Shown piece by piece: positions 18,365-27,691 of a stretch of DNA of 64,000 nt. The translations under genes were made by a program, and so were the position numbers. The notes beneath the pieces were generated by a model. That model was given only the letters and a program-made list of their open reading frames with translations, had not been told where the DNA came from and did no database searches. Position 1 is the stretch's first letter. The number at the start of each line of letters is the position of its first letter. The stretch comes from Candidatus Omnitrophota bacterium (GTDB lineage Bacteria; Omnitrophota; Gorgyraeia; Gygaellales; Profunditerraquicolaceae). The DNA lies in the NCBI GenBank assembly GCA_041651115.1, contig JBAZJY010000001.1:389165-453164 (forward strand). The letters are read 5' to 3'.

Positions 18365-19537
18365 ATGAAACCTGAACAATACTCGATCCCGCTTAGCGTC
18401 CCGGAAATTAAGGGGAATGAAATGCGCTATATAAAAAAATGTCTTGATACTAACTGGGTATCTTCAGCCGGGCGTTATGTCGATAGTTTTGAAAACAAGA
18501 TGCTAGGTTATATTGGAAGAAAATATGCGATCGCCTGCGTTAACGGGACAGCGGCTTTGCATATAGCGCTGCTGGCAGCCGGGATTAAGCCCGATGAGGA
18601 AGCGATTGTTCCCGCGTTGACTTTCGTAGCTACGGCAAATGTCTTGCGTTATGCCAATGCCTGGCCGGTTTTTATCGATGTCGAGCCGGATACCTGGCAA
18701 ATTGATGCGCAGAGGATCGCGGATTTTTTAAATAAAGAATGTGTTTGGAAAAATGGCCGTTTGATCAACCGCAATACCAGGCGGGCCATAAAAGCCATCA
18801 TGCCGGTCCACTTACTGGGGCATCCGGCAGATATGGGCCCCATTATGCGCCTTGCGCATAAGTTCGGCCTCCTGGTTATTGCTGATGCCGCACAAGGGTT
18901 GGGGGCGCTTTATAAAGGCCGTCATGCTGCCGGGTTTGGCGATATTGCCTGCCTGAGCTTCAACGGCAATAAAATAATTACTACCGGCGGAGGCGGGATG
19001 TTGCTTACCGATAGGCCGGAGTGGGCCAAGAGAGCGCGGTATCTCATTACTCAGGCGAGAGACGATTCTTCGGAATTTATCCATAACGAAGTCGGCTATA
19101 ATTATCGCTTGACCAATATCCAAGCGGCAATGGGTATTGCCCAAATGGAAAATATCGGTAAGCATATCACCAGAAAAAGATCTATTGCCCGGCATTATCA
19201 GGCCGGGCTTAAAGACATTCCCGGTATCCGCCTGCCGGTTGAATCCGTTTATGCCCGGTCGATCTTTTGGCTATATACGATCCGGATAAATAAGGTTAAA
19301 ACAGGGATCGGCAGCAGAGAACTGTTGCGTAAACTAAATGCCGGGGGTATTCAGGCCCGTCCTCTCTGGCATCCATTACATTCTTTGCGCCCATTTAAAA
19401 GATCTTATGCGTACCGGATAAAGGTAGCAAATGAATTATACCGCGATTGTTTAAGCCTGCCGTCTTCCGTGGGGCTGGCGCAAAGCGACCAGGATAAGGT
19501 TATTAACGTTATACGCGAATCAACCATAAAAAAATAA
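18365..19537 (+). CDS. DegT/DnrJ/EryC1/StrS family PLP-dependent aminotransferase
   Basis: The PLP-lysine motif is intact (CLSFNGNKIITTGGGGML). Length is about 390 aa. Confidence 0.85.
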   Translation: MKPEQYSIPLSVPEIKGNEMRYIKKCLDTNWVSSAGRYVDSFENKMLGYIGRKYAIACVNGTAALHIALLAAGIKPDEEAIVPALTFVATANVLRYANAWPVFIDVEPDTWQIDAQRIADFLNKECVWKNGRLINRNTRRAIKAIMPVHLLGHPADMGPIMRLAHKFGLLVIADAAQGLGALYKGRHAAGFGDIACLSFNGNKIITTGGGGMLLTDRPEWAKRARYLITQARDDSSEFIHNEVGYNYRLTNIQAAMGIAQMENIGKHITRKRSIARHYQAGLKDIPGIRLPVESVYARSIFWLYTIRINKVKTGIGSRELLRKLNAGGIQARPLWHPLHSLRPFKRSYAYRIKVANELYRDCLSLPSSVGLAQSDQDKVINVIRESTIKK

Positions 19538-20589
19538 TGCACTCAAACGATTGCCCAATATTCCGCCCTCAGCAGTTAGTTGAAAAAATAGTTATTGTCG
19601 ATGGGCAGCCTGGTTGCGGAAAAACAATGCTTTCCCCGATCGTCGCCGCCATGGAACGCGTTGAGCTTTTGACCTTTGCCTACGAGATTGAAGAAGTTTG
19701 CTCTCTGCGTTACCTAAAAAGGCTCGAGGATGATGTAGCAACAGCATTGATCAGATACTTCGCGGATTTAAAACTTTATAACATATCAATGTCCAGAGAA
19801 ACTAATTTCCGCTGCAGCGACGTTTCCAGCGTATTCCGCGACGCAAGGCCGTTGCGTTATCTTAAACGGTTATTCCAGAAAGGCGACATTGCCATACCGG
19901 AACAAATAAAACGCGAGAGGCCGATCCTGCATTTGGCTACACATGACCTTTTGCGCAGGTCAGAACCTGTCTTTTCTGCCTTTGGGAACAAGCTTGTGTT
20001 TATCGAGGTGGTCCGTCATCCGCTGTATATGCTTAAACAGGAAGAAATCAATGTGGGAATGGTCTTAGACCCGCGGCATTTCGAGGTTTATTACAAGCAT
20101 AAAAATAACTATTTTCCGTATTTTATTTTAGGATGGGAAGACTTATATCTTAAGGCCAACAGCATCGAAAGGGCTATTTATATGATTGAACACCTGACAA
20201 AACGCACCAATGCGTTCAAGGAGTCTTTTGACAATAACGCTATACGAGCGCAGGTGATCACCGTACCTTTTGAACGTTTTGTCATTAATCCCTGGTCGTA
20301 TATGGAGCAGATAGAAAGTACGCTGGAGACAAAGATAACTGCGATTACCCGCAAGATGATGAAAAAACAACGTGTCCCGCGCAGGATGTATGCCGAAGGG
20401 GTTGGATTAAAGATCTACAAGCGCTGTGGGTGGGAGCCGCCGAAACGCGGATCGGATGAAAATAAGGAATTTGCTTTACGCCGGGCATTTGCTAAGGAAC
20501 GCGGCGCGTCGCAGGAAGCCATGGATATTCTAGACAGGCTCAGCGCCGATTACGAGATCAAATACCTCGACGGTAAAAAGACATACTAG
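19537..20589 (+). CDS. hypothetical P-loop protein (putative kinase or sulfotransferase-like)
   Basis: A Walker-A-like VIVDGQPGCGKTMLS motif is present. No other motif was recognised. The stop/start is TAATG. Confidence 0.35.
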   Translation: MHSNDCPIFRPQQLVEKIVIVDGQPGCGKTMLSPIVAAMERVELLTFAYEIEEVCSLRYLKRLEDDVATALIRYFADLKLYNISMSRETNFRCSDVSSVFRDARPLRYLKRLFQKGDIAIPEQIKRERPILHLATHDLLRRSEPVFSAFGNKLVFIEVVRHPLYMLKQEEINVGMVLDPRHFEVYYKHKNNYFPYFILGWEDLYLKANSIERAIYMIEHLTKRTNAFKESFDNNAIRAQVITVPFERFVINPWSYMEQIESTLETKITAITRKMMKKQRVPRRMYAEGVGLKIYKRCGWEPPKRGSDENKEFALRRAFAKERGASQEAMDILDRLSADYEIKYLDGKKTY

Positions 20590-20603
20590 TAAGGAGGCTG
20601 GTG

Positions 20604-21266
20604 ATGAAAACAGTGGCTTTGGTTCCCGCAAAACTCAAGAGTGACCGGGTCCCCTTCAAAAATATAAAAAAGCTGGGCGGCATACCCCTGGTTAACTATA
20701 CTATGCGCACCTTAAATAAGGTAAGCAACGTTGACGAGATCGTGATCTTTGCCTCAGAGCCGTCGATTTGCGACCATATACAGCGCGGTTTAAAATATAG
20801 TTTTTTACAGCGCCCCAACAGCCTGGATACGCAGGAAACAAGTATCCAGGATATTATCGGGGAGTTTTTGAAAAAGAGTGATGCCGATATGGTTGTTTTA
20901 TACCACATCACATCGCCCTTTCTGAAGGCCGAGACCGTGTCGGAATGCGTCCAAAAAGTCGTTTCGGGAGGATACGATTCCGCCTTTACCGCGTACGAAA
21001 TAAAGAAATTCTGCTGGTTTCGCGGTAAGCCGTTAAATTATTCTTTTGACGCCCCGACTCCGCGCACTCAAGACATAGATTCAGTCATAGTCGAACAAGC
21101 AAGCCTGTACGTATTCAAAAGGGAGGTCTTTGAGAAAACCGGACAAAGGATATCCGCTAACCCGTACATTAAATATATCGACCATTTTGAAGGGCATGAT
21201 ATCGATACGCCTGAAGATTTCCGCGTCGCGGAATTAATCGTCAATACCGGCCTTTTTACTTTCTAA
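20604..21266 (+). CDS. CTP_transf_3 family cytidylyltransferase (KdsB/NeuA/PseF-like)
   Basis: VALVPAKLKSDRVPFKNIKKLGGIPL resembles the VALIPAR.xS.RLPgK motif of the family. A strong SD (taAGGAGGctggtgATG) precedes it. The ORF-track start at 20601 is GTG. Confidence 0.7.
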   Translation: MKTVALVPAKLKSDRVPFKNIKKLGGIPLVNYTMRTLNKVSNVDEIVIFASEPSICDHIQRGLKYSFLQRPNSLDTQETSIQDIIGEFLKKSDADMVVLYHITSPFLKAETVSECVQKVVSGGYDSAFTAYEIKKFCWFRGKPLNYSFDAPTPRTQDIDSVIVEQASLYVFKREVFEKTGQRISANPYIKYIDHFEGHDIDTPEDFRVAELIVNTGLFTF

Positions 21267-21275
21267 GGATCGCTG

Positions 21276-22415
21276 ATGAAACAAGAACCCTTTTTAAAAA
21301 GATACCCCGTGCATTTGGATAACCACGCGTATGATATTATTGTCGGCAAAAATTTCCTTTTTGATAATATGCGTGCGATTCTGGAAGAAAAGATAAAAAA
21401 TAAAAATATATTTGTGGTTTTTGATGCGGTTTTCAGCAACAAAGTCTACGACCGGCTTATAAACCCTCTTTCAGAATCCGGCTACCGTATCTACGCGTAC
21501 CCTATGGTTTCCGGCAAGCAGAATAAAACGATCAGCGAGGCGATAAAGATATATGAGCTCCTTGAGCTGAATGAGCTTTCCCGCGATTCGACATTGATCG
21601 CTTTAGGAGGAGGGGTTGTCGGCGACCTGGCAGGCTTTGTCGCCAGCACGTATCTGCGCGGGATTAATCTCATCCACATACCGACAACGCTTACCGCAAT
21701 GATCGACAGCAGTATCGGCGGCAAGGTCGCGATAAATTTCCGCAAGACAATCAATGCCATCGGTAATTATTACCATCCGGTCATGAATGTCATTGATTTA
21801 GAGTTTACCGAGTCATTGCCTCAGCGCGACTTTAAGGCAGGGCTGTCGGAGATCATAAAATGCGCGGTCATTTCCGATAGAGAGTTATTTGAATACCTTG
21901 CCGCTAACAGCACAAAAATACTGGCCCGCGATGAAGAGGCGCTGTTGCGCATCATGATCCGCGCGATGGAAATAAAATTAGACCATGTTCGCGGAGATGT
22001 CAGAGAAAGCGGCAAAAGGCTGAAGTTGAATCTCGGCCATACCATCGGCCATGCGATTGAAGTTTCTACCGACGTCCTGGAGGAATTATACCGGCATGGC
22101 GAGGGCGTAGCGCTCGGGATGATCGGCGCGGCATTTTTGGCAAATGAATATTTCCGGAAAAACGGGGAAGTTTTAAAATTACACGAAGATATTTTATCGC
22201 GCTATGGGCTTCCGTTAAGGGTGGAGGCGGCAAAGGCCGGTTTCAACCGGAAAAATTTGATTGAAGAATGCATGGCGAATATTTATAGAGATAAAAAGAA
22301 GGCGAACGGCGAGCTGCGGTTTATTTTCCCGAGGGAGATCGGGCATTGCGAAATATGCCATGGCATCGAAGACGACCTGATAAAGCAGGCATTTAATTAC
22401 CTTATACAGGAGTGA
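21276..22415 (+). CDS. 3-dehydroquinate synthase family protein (DHQS / sugar-phosphate cyclase-like)
   Basis: [46 protein letters not shown] is almost collinear with E. coli AroB ([46 protein letters not shown]). The metal-binding [12 protein letters not shown] matches LNLGHTFGHAIE, and the C-terminal [16 protein letters not shown] matches LRDKKVLAGEMRLILP. Confidence 0.75.
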   Translation: [379 protein letters not shown]

Positions 22416-22417
22416 AA

Positions 22418-23179
22418 ATGGCTAAAAAATATCTGCTGAAAAACAAAGTTTGCATCGTTACGGGGGCCGGAAAAGGGATCGGAAGAGAAATAAGCAGGCT
22501 TTTTTATGAAGAAGGGGCGAGCCTGGCGCTGATTACCCGGAATCAGCAGGATTTAAAAGCACTTAATGACGAATTAGGCTTTGACGATAAACGCACGCTC
22601 CTTTATGGCGGTGACGTATCCGATCCGGCGACGGTTAAGCGATTTATCGCGAAAGCTATAAAGAAATTCGGAAAGATCGACGTCCTTGTCAATAATGCCG
22701 GTATGCGTTTCCGTAAGCCTTTTCTTGCGATTACCAGCAGGGAATGGGATAAGGTAATCGTTAATAACCTTAAAAGCGTTTACCTTCTATCGCAGGAAGC
22801 CGGCCGGAACATGGTTTTAAATAAAAACGGCAAAATTATAAACATCAGTTCAATCATAGGAACCCTTGGTTTGCCGGAATTATCCGTATACGGAGCTTCA
22901 AAGGGCGGAGTAATCGCTTTTACAAAGTGCCTGGCATTGGAATGGGCAAAATATAATATCAACGTGAATGCTGTTGCCCCGGGATTTTGTGAGACTTCAT
23001 ACGCAGAGAACTTTAAGAAAAGAAAAGAATTATACAGATTTACCCTTGAAAGAACACCCCAGGGGAAGTGGGGCACGCCGTTAGATATTGCAAACGCATG
23101 CCTTTTCCTATCAACTGAAGCTTCACGTTATATCACAGGAGAAATATTAAATGTCGATGGCGGCTGGAGTGCGTGGTAA
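22418..23179 (+). CDS. SDR family oxidoreductase (FabG-like)
   Basis: CIVTGAGKGIGREI and YGASKGG motifs, with an SD aggag 7 nt upstream of the ATG at 22418. The ORF-track start at 22412 is GTG. Confidence 0.8.
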   Translation: MAKKYLLKNKVCIVTGAGKGIGREISRLFYEEGASLALITRNQQDLKALNDELGFDDKRTLLYGGDVSDPATVKRFIAKAIKKFGKIDVLVNNAGMRFRKPFLAITSREWDKVIVNNLKSVYLLSQEAGRNMVLNKNGKIINISSIIGTLGLPELSVYGASKGGVIAFTKCLALEWAKYNINVNAVAPGFCETSYAENFKKRKELYRFTLERTPQGKWGTPLDIANACLFLSTEASRYITGEILNVDGGWSAW

Positions 23180-24671
23180 GCGGGACCTTAAGATACTGTT
23201 CATTTACCCAAATTTAATGCTGCAGACAACTTTTCCTTTGTCTATTGCGATCTTCTCCGCAATTTTAAAACAACGCGGTTTCCATACCGATATCTTTGAC
23301 ACGACTTTTTACCGGACCGAAGAGGTATCCTCAGATGAAAGCCGGGTGGAAAATCTTCAGATTGCCAAGTTTAACCTCGATGATGAATTTAAAAAACTAA
23401 AAAGCAAAGATGACCTGTTACGTGACCTTGAATCTAAGATCAGGGAATACCGTCCCGGGCTCATTGCTTTTTCGGTGCTCGAAGACCTTTGGCCGCTGAC
23501 GCTGGAGCTATTGAGCGTCACCGGTAAATTCAATATCCCTACGGTTGCCGGAGGGATTTTCCCTACTTTTGCGCCGGAAAAAGTAATCGCCGCCAAGGGG
23601 ATTGATATGGTCTGCGTGGGCGAAGGGGAAGAGCCGATCCTGGAGCTTTGCGATCAGATCGATAACGGCTCAGATTATACGCGTATACCTAACCTCTGGG
23701 TTAAAAAAGGCGGCGAAATCCATAAAAATCCTCTTCGCCGGCTCAGGGACCTGAACCTCAACCCTCCGCCGGACTTTTCTCTTTTTGACGAACGGCGGTT
23801 TTATAAACCGATGAAGGGGCGGCTTTACCGGATGGGCCTGGTAGAGACTAACCGTGGCTGCCCCTTTACCTGCGCATTTTGCAATTCCTACGCGCAGTCG
23901 CGGATCTATCAGGAGGAAAGAGGCGAAAGGTATTTTCGTAGCCGCGACATCGGGGTAATCCATGATGAAATAAAACTTTTAATTGATCGCCATAAAGTAG
24001 AATTCATTTATTTTCCTGCCGAGGTTTTCCTGTTCATGAATAAAGAATATATGCGGGAATTCGTAGAGATGTATAAAAAATTCCGCCTACCCTTCTTTTG
24101 CCAGAACAGGGCAGAGGTGATCAACGAAGAAACTGCCCGGCTGCTGGAAGAAATGAACTGCCATGGCTGCGCCATCGGCATTGAACATGGCAACGAAGAA
24201 TTCCGGTATAAAATGCTTAATAGGAAAGTTTCCAATGACACGTATCTGAAGGCGATCAAATGCCTGGAAAAAACAAAGGTCAAGGTTTCCGTAAATAATA
24301 TCGTGGGTTTCCCGGACGAAACGCGCGAACTCGTATTTGATACGATAAACCTGAACAGGAATTTTACCGCCTATCAGATCAATGCTTATTACTATACGCC
24401 ATACCACGGGACAGGGCTGCGGGAATATTGCGTTACCAAGGGGTATATTGCCAAAGACGCGCAGACCACCTATGTTACCAAAGATACGACCTTGAGCATG
24501 CCGGGCCTTTCGCCCAGCGCAATCAGGGGGTTAGTGCGTACTTTTACCCTCTATGCGAGATTGCCGAAAGAGCGTTACCCGGAAATCGCCGTAGCCGAAC
24601 GTTTCGATGAAGAAGGAAATAGAAAATTCAAGGAACTTCAGCTTGAATATTGGAACAGGTATTTAAAATAA
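23151..24671 (+). CDS. B12-binding domain radical SAM protein
   Basis: An N-terminal cobalamin-binding-like domain (ILFIYPNLM...) is followed by a radical SAM CxxxCxxC (NRGCPFTCAFC). The start is uncertain between ATG 23151, ATG 23157 and GTG 23169. Confidence 0.8.
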   Translation: MSMAAGVRGKRDLKILFIYPNLMLQTTFPLSIAIFSAILKQRGFHTDIFDTTFYRTEEVSSDESRVENLQIAKFNLDDEFKKLKSKDDLLRDLESKIREYRPGLIAFSVLEDLWPLTLELLSVTGKFNIPTVAGGIFPTFAPEKVIAAKGIDMVCVGEGEEPILELCDQIDNGSDYTRIPNLWVKKGGEIHKNPLRRLRDLNLNPPPDFSLFDERRFYKPMKGRLYRMGLVETNRGCPFTCAFCNSYAQSRIYQEERGERYFRSRDIGVIHDEIKLLIDRHKVEFIYFPAEVFLFMNKEYMREFVEMYKKFRLPFFCQNRAEVINEETARLLEEMNCHGCAIGIEHGNEEFRYKMLNRKVSNDTYLKAIKCLEKTKVKVSVNNIVGFPDETRELVFDTINLNRNFTAYQINAYYYTPYHGTGLREYCVTKGYIAKDAQTTYVTKDTTLSMPGLSPSAIRGLVRTFTLYARLPKERYPEIAVAERFDEEGNRKFKELQLEYWNRYLK

Positions 24672-24672
24672 G

Positions 24673-26748
24673 ATGACCCGGATATATTTTATCGAATACC
24701 TCACGCTGGGGAAATGGCTGTTTTATGTCCTTCCCGCGCTGGTCCGCGGCAAACTGCTTAGAAAAATAACGGCCGGGAAGGTTTATTTTATTGATGCTTC
24801 TGGCCCGGGAAAGTTTATCAGCCGCCTGGCGGGCGGTTTTTTATATCGCAGTATGGAAAGGCTTGATTTCAATCTTTTTGACATTAAGGACGATACGGGC
24901 CTGCTCGTATACCTGCGCATTGCTTATTTTGATGCCGCCCGCCTGCAAAAAAATATATTCCAGCGGCCAATTTTTAATATGTTCCGTCCTTTAAAAACCC
25001 GGCTGCCCACCTATCTTAGCAGACAAATCGTATTTAGCGGGCTTCATGCAGATACGCTCGTACGTGCCCAATTCTTAGTGCAGTTAACTGCCTGGAAAAT
25101 AAAAAGTGAAACTACGCGCAACTCTCAACCATCGCCAGTACTATTTTTAAACAATCGTATATGGCAGGATGAAATAATCGAGTGCGGAAAGGAACACGGC
25201 GTTGAAATTTTATTCACCGGGCCGGGCAAATTCAACTTTCGGGATTTCTTCAAGCGTATCGGAGGCACAAAGGCAAAATTATTACAAAGCTTATATTATT
25301 TTATCAAGCGCCGTGGGCCCATAGCGCTCTGCCGGCAATTCGCGAACAGAAAAAAGATAGGGAATAACGCTGATCCTGTGCCAAAAATCGCAGTAGAATT
25401 ATTGAGTTACCTTAACCTTGACCGGCCGGAACTTTATTCCGATGTCTTTTTTTGGCAGCAATCAAAGCTACGGGGAGAAGACATAACGATTATCTATAAT
25501 AACAGGCGGGTCCCGCTGAAAAGGTACGCTTGGGATGAGATTAAGAAATTTAAGATGTCCGCAATCGCCATGAATCCCTATTCTACGCACGTGGCTGAAA
25601 TGCCGGTTTTTTATCATTTGCCAGGTATAAAAGACCGCAGGAAACCCGATCGTCATGTATTGCCGATATGCCGCAGGCAGGAAAAAAGATGGTTGAAATC
25701 TCAACTCGCGCATTATTATTCTCTTTGCGCCTATTGGCACGATCTTTTTCGGCAAACTGATGCTAAAGTATTCATTAGCTGGTTTAAATACAGCGCAGAT
25801 CATTGCGCGATCGCAGATGCCATGGAAAGGGCGGGAGGCGTTACGGCAATCTACCAGCGTGCTTATGAAGAATTCCCTTCGCCGGAAACAACGATTGCCA
25901 GCGATATCGTCTTTGGTTTTTCCGGAAAGAACGCTGAAATCGAACGCCTTTCAGGATCAAAAATACCTTATTTTGTCGTTACCGGTTATTTTCGCGACCA
26001 TTCCTTTGATTTGTTGAAGAATGAATCATTGCGGATACGGGATAAGATAAAACGCTGCGGCGCAGAAAAAATCATTGCGTATTTTGATGAGAATTCTGAC
26101 AGCGATCAGCGCTGGCATTCTTCACATGCGGATGTACAAAAAAATTATGCGTTTTTACTTGAGAAAGTTATCAGAAACCCAAAAATCGGGCTGGTTATCA
26201 AGCCAAAGGTACCGGCAACATTAAGAAAACGGTTAGGCCCGGTAGCAGATACCTTGAAAGAGGCTGAAAACACCGGCAGGTGTTTTATTTTTGAGGAAGG
26301 GATCCCGCACGGTTCTTATCCGCCGGCAGCGGCTGCTTTAGCCTCGGATGTAGCGATCCACGGCTACCTTTATGCCGCAACCGCAGCAATGGAATCTGCG
26401 CTGGCCGGTATACCGACCATACTCCTGGACCAGGAAGGCTGGCATGTGAGCCGGCTTTATGCATTAGGCACCGGCAAGGTGGTATTTGTTACCTGGGAGC
26501 ACTTGTGGGATACCTTGACGAGGTATTTAAAGGATCCCGGCAGTATCCCGGGCTTCGGGGATTGGTCGCCTGTTCTTAATGATATAGACCCCTATCAGGA
26601 CGGAAAAGCCGCAGAAAGAATAGGAGGATACCTGCAGTGCCTTCTGGATGGATTTAAAGCGGAATTATCGCGAGAAAAAGTCCTCGCTGATGCGGCTGAA
26701 AAGTATCGCTCGGCATGGGGCAAAGATAAGGTCATTTCAATCTTATGA
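24673..26748 (+). CDS. hypothetical protein, putative GT-B fold transferase
   Basis: The C-terminal IPHGSYP ... ASDVAIHGYLYAATAAMESALAGIPTILLD resembles the GT-B donor-domain motif (hhS..E..G..hEAhA.G.P). This is motif-level only. Confidence 0.3.
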   Translation: MTRIYFIEYLTLGKWLFYVLPALVRGKLLRKITAGKVYFIDASGPGKFISRLAGGFLYRSMERLDFNLFDIKDDTGLLVYLRIAYFDAARLQKNIFQRPIFNMFRPLKTRLPTYLSRQIVFSGLHADTLVRAQFLVQLTAWKIKSETTRNSQPSPVLFLNNRIWQDEIIECGKEHGVEILFTGPGKFNFRDFFKRIGGTKAKLLQSLYYFIKRRGPIALCRQFANRKKIGNNADPVPKIAVELLSYLNLDRPELYSDVFFWQQSKLRGEDITIIYNNRRVPLKRYAWDEIKKFKMSAIAMNPYSTHVAEMPVFYHLPGIKDRRKPDRHVLPICRRQEKRWLKSQLAHYYSLCAYWHDLFRQTDAKVFISWFKYSADHCAIADAMERAGGVTAIYQRAYEEFPSPETTIASDIVFGFSGKNAEIERLSGSKIPYFVVTGYFRDHSFDLLKNESLRIRDKIKRCGAEKIIAYFDENSDSDQRWHSSHADVQKNYAFLLEKVIRNPKIGLVIKPKVPATLRKRLGPVADTLKEAENTGRCFIFEEGIPHGSYPPAAAALASDVAIHGYLYAATAAMESALAGIPTILLDQEGWHVSRLYALGTGKVVFVTWEHLWDTLTRYLKDPGSIPGFGDWSPVLNDIDPYQDGKAAERIGGYLQCLLDGFKAELSREKVLADAAEKYRSAWGKDKVISIL

Positions 26749-27689
26749 TGGTTACCGCGACCGCCGTAAATGAGTTTATTGCACGCCGGAAAAGAAGCGT
26801 TTCAAATATATGCTTCCGGACTTTTGCCAAAATCCGCCGGCTTCCTTCGGAAGTCTGGATAGAGAATACGAATATCTGCAACGCAAGTTGCGTAATGTGC
26901 CCGCGCGAAAAACTCACCCGTAAAACCGGTTTTATGACACTTTCCCTTTACGAAAAGATCATAAAAGAGATATCGCGGTTCCCGAATGAGGTGCAACGGG
27001 TGCACCTGCATAATTATGGCGAGCCGCTGCTTGATAATATGCTGGTAGAGCGGATTAGGATCGCAAAAGAGAGCGGCATAAAACAGTTATATTTTGTGAC
27101 GAACGCTTCAGCATTGGTTCCGGAACTTTCAGAAAAAATAATCCGCTCCGGCCTTGACGAATTTAAGGTCAGCTTTTACGGGACTGATAAAGCCACGTAT
27201 GAAAATACCATGCGCGGGCTTGATTTTGATAAGACTATCCGTAACATCCGGGAATTTTTCCGGATCCGGAAAATGCTTAATGCGGACAAGCCAAGGGTGA
27301 TCATACAGTATGTTCCGCAAGAATCCAATGGGGCGCAAGTATCCGAGTTTACGAATATCTTTCAGCCGCTCATTGACCATTCCCTGGGAGACCGCCTTTC
27401 GGTATTTTCCCTGCATGACTTCGGCGGCGGCAGGGATTATTGCGATGCGCGTTTAAAACGGATATCCCGGATCTGCCGGTATCCGTGGCGGACTATGGTC
27501 ATTCTCCATGAAGGCACCGTAGCATTATGTTGTTTTGATTTTGACGGAAAGCAAACAACAGGGAATATGCAGGAATCCACTATTGAAGAAATCTGGAATA
27601 ACAAAAGGTATAGGCAGACACGGGAGGATTTTAAGAAACTTAATTACAGGGATTACCCGGTTTGCCTAAAATGCAATTATATCCGTTAA
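26745..27689 (+). CDS. radical SAM / SPASM-like protein (paralog of 110..1174)
   Basis: NICNASCVMC is a CxxxCxxC motif, the C-terminal region is Cys-rich (CCFDFDG...CLKCNY), and the protein is collinear with the first CDS. The start overlaps the upstream gene as ATGA. Confidence 0.7.
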   Translation: MMVTATAVNEFIARRKRSVSNICFRTFAKIRRLPSEVWIENTNICNASCVMCPREKLTRKTGFMTLSLYEKIIKEISRFPNEVQRVHLHNYGEPLLDNMLVERIRIAKESGIKQLYFVTNASALVPELSEKIIRSGLDEFKVSFYGTDKATYENTMRGLDFDKTIRNIREFFRIRKMLNADKPRVIIQYVPQESNGAQVSEFTNIFQPLIDHSLGDRLSVFSLHDFGGGRDYCDARLKRISRICRYPWRTMVILHEGTVALCCFDFDGKQTTGNMQESTIEEIWNNKRYRQTREDFKKLNYRDYPVCLKCNYIR

Positions 27690-27691
27690 AA

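Noticed and set aside
21276-22415. Calling the DHQS-family gene the housekeeping aroB.
   Set aside because: This cannot be excluded from sequence alone. The gene is translationally packed between a cytidylyltransferase and an SDR inside a glycan operon with no other aro genes. It is therefore reported as DHQS family and flagged for checking.
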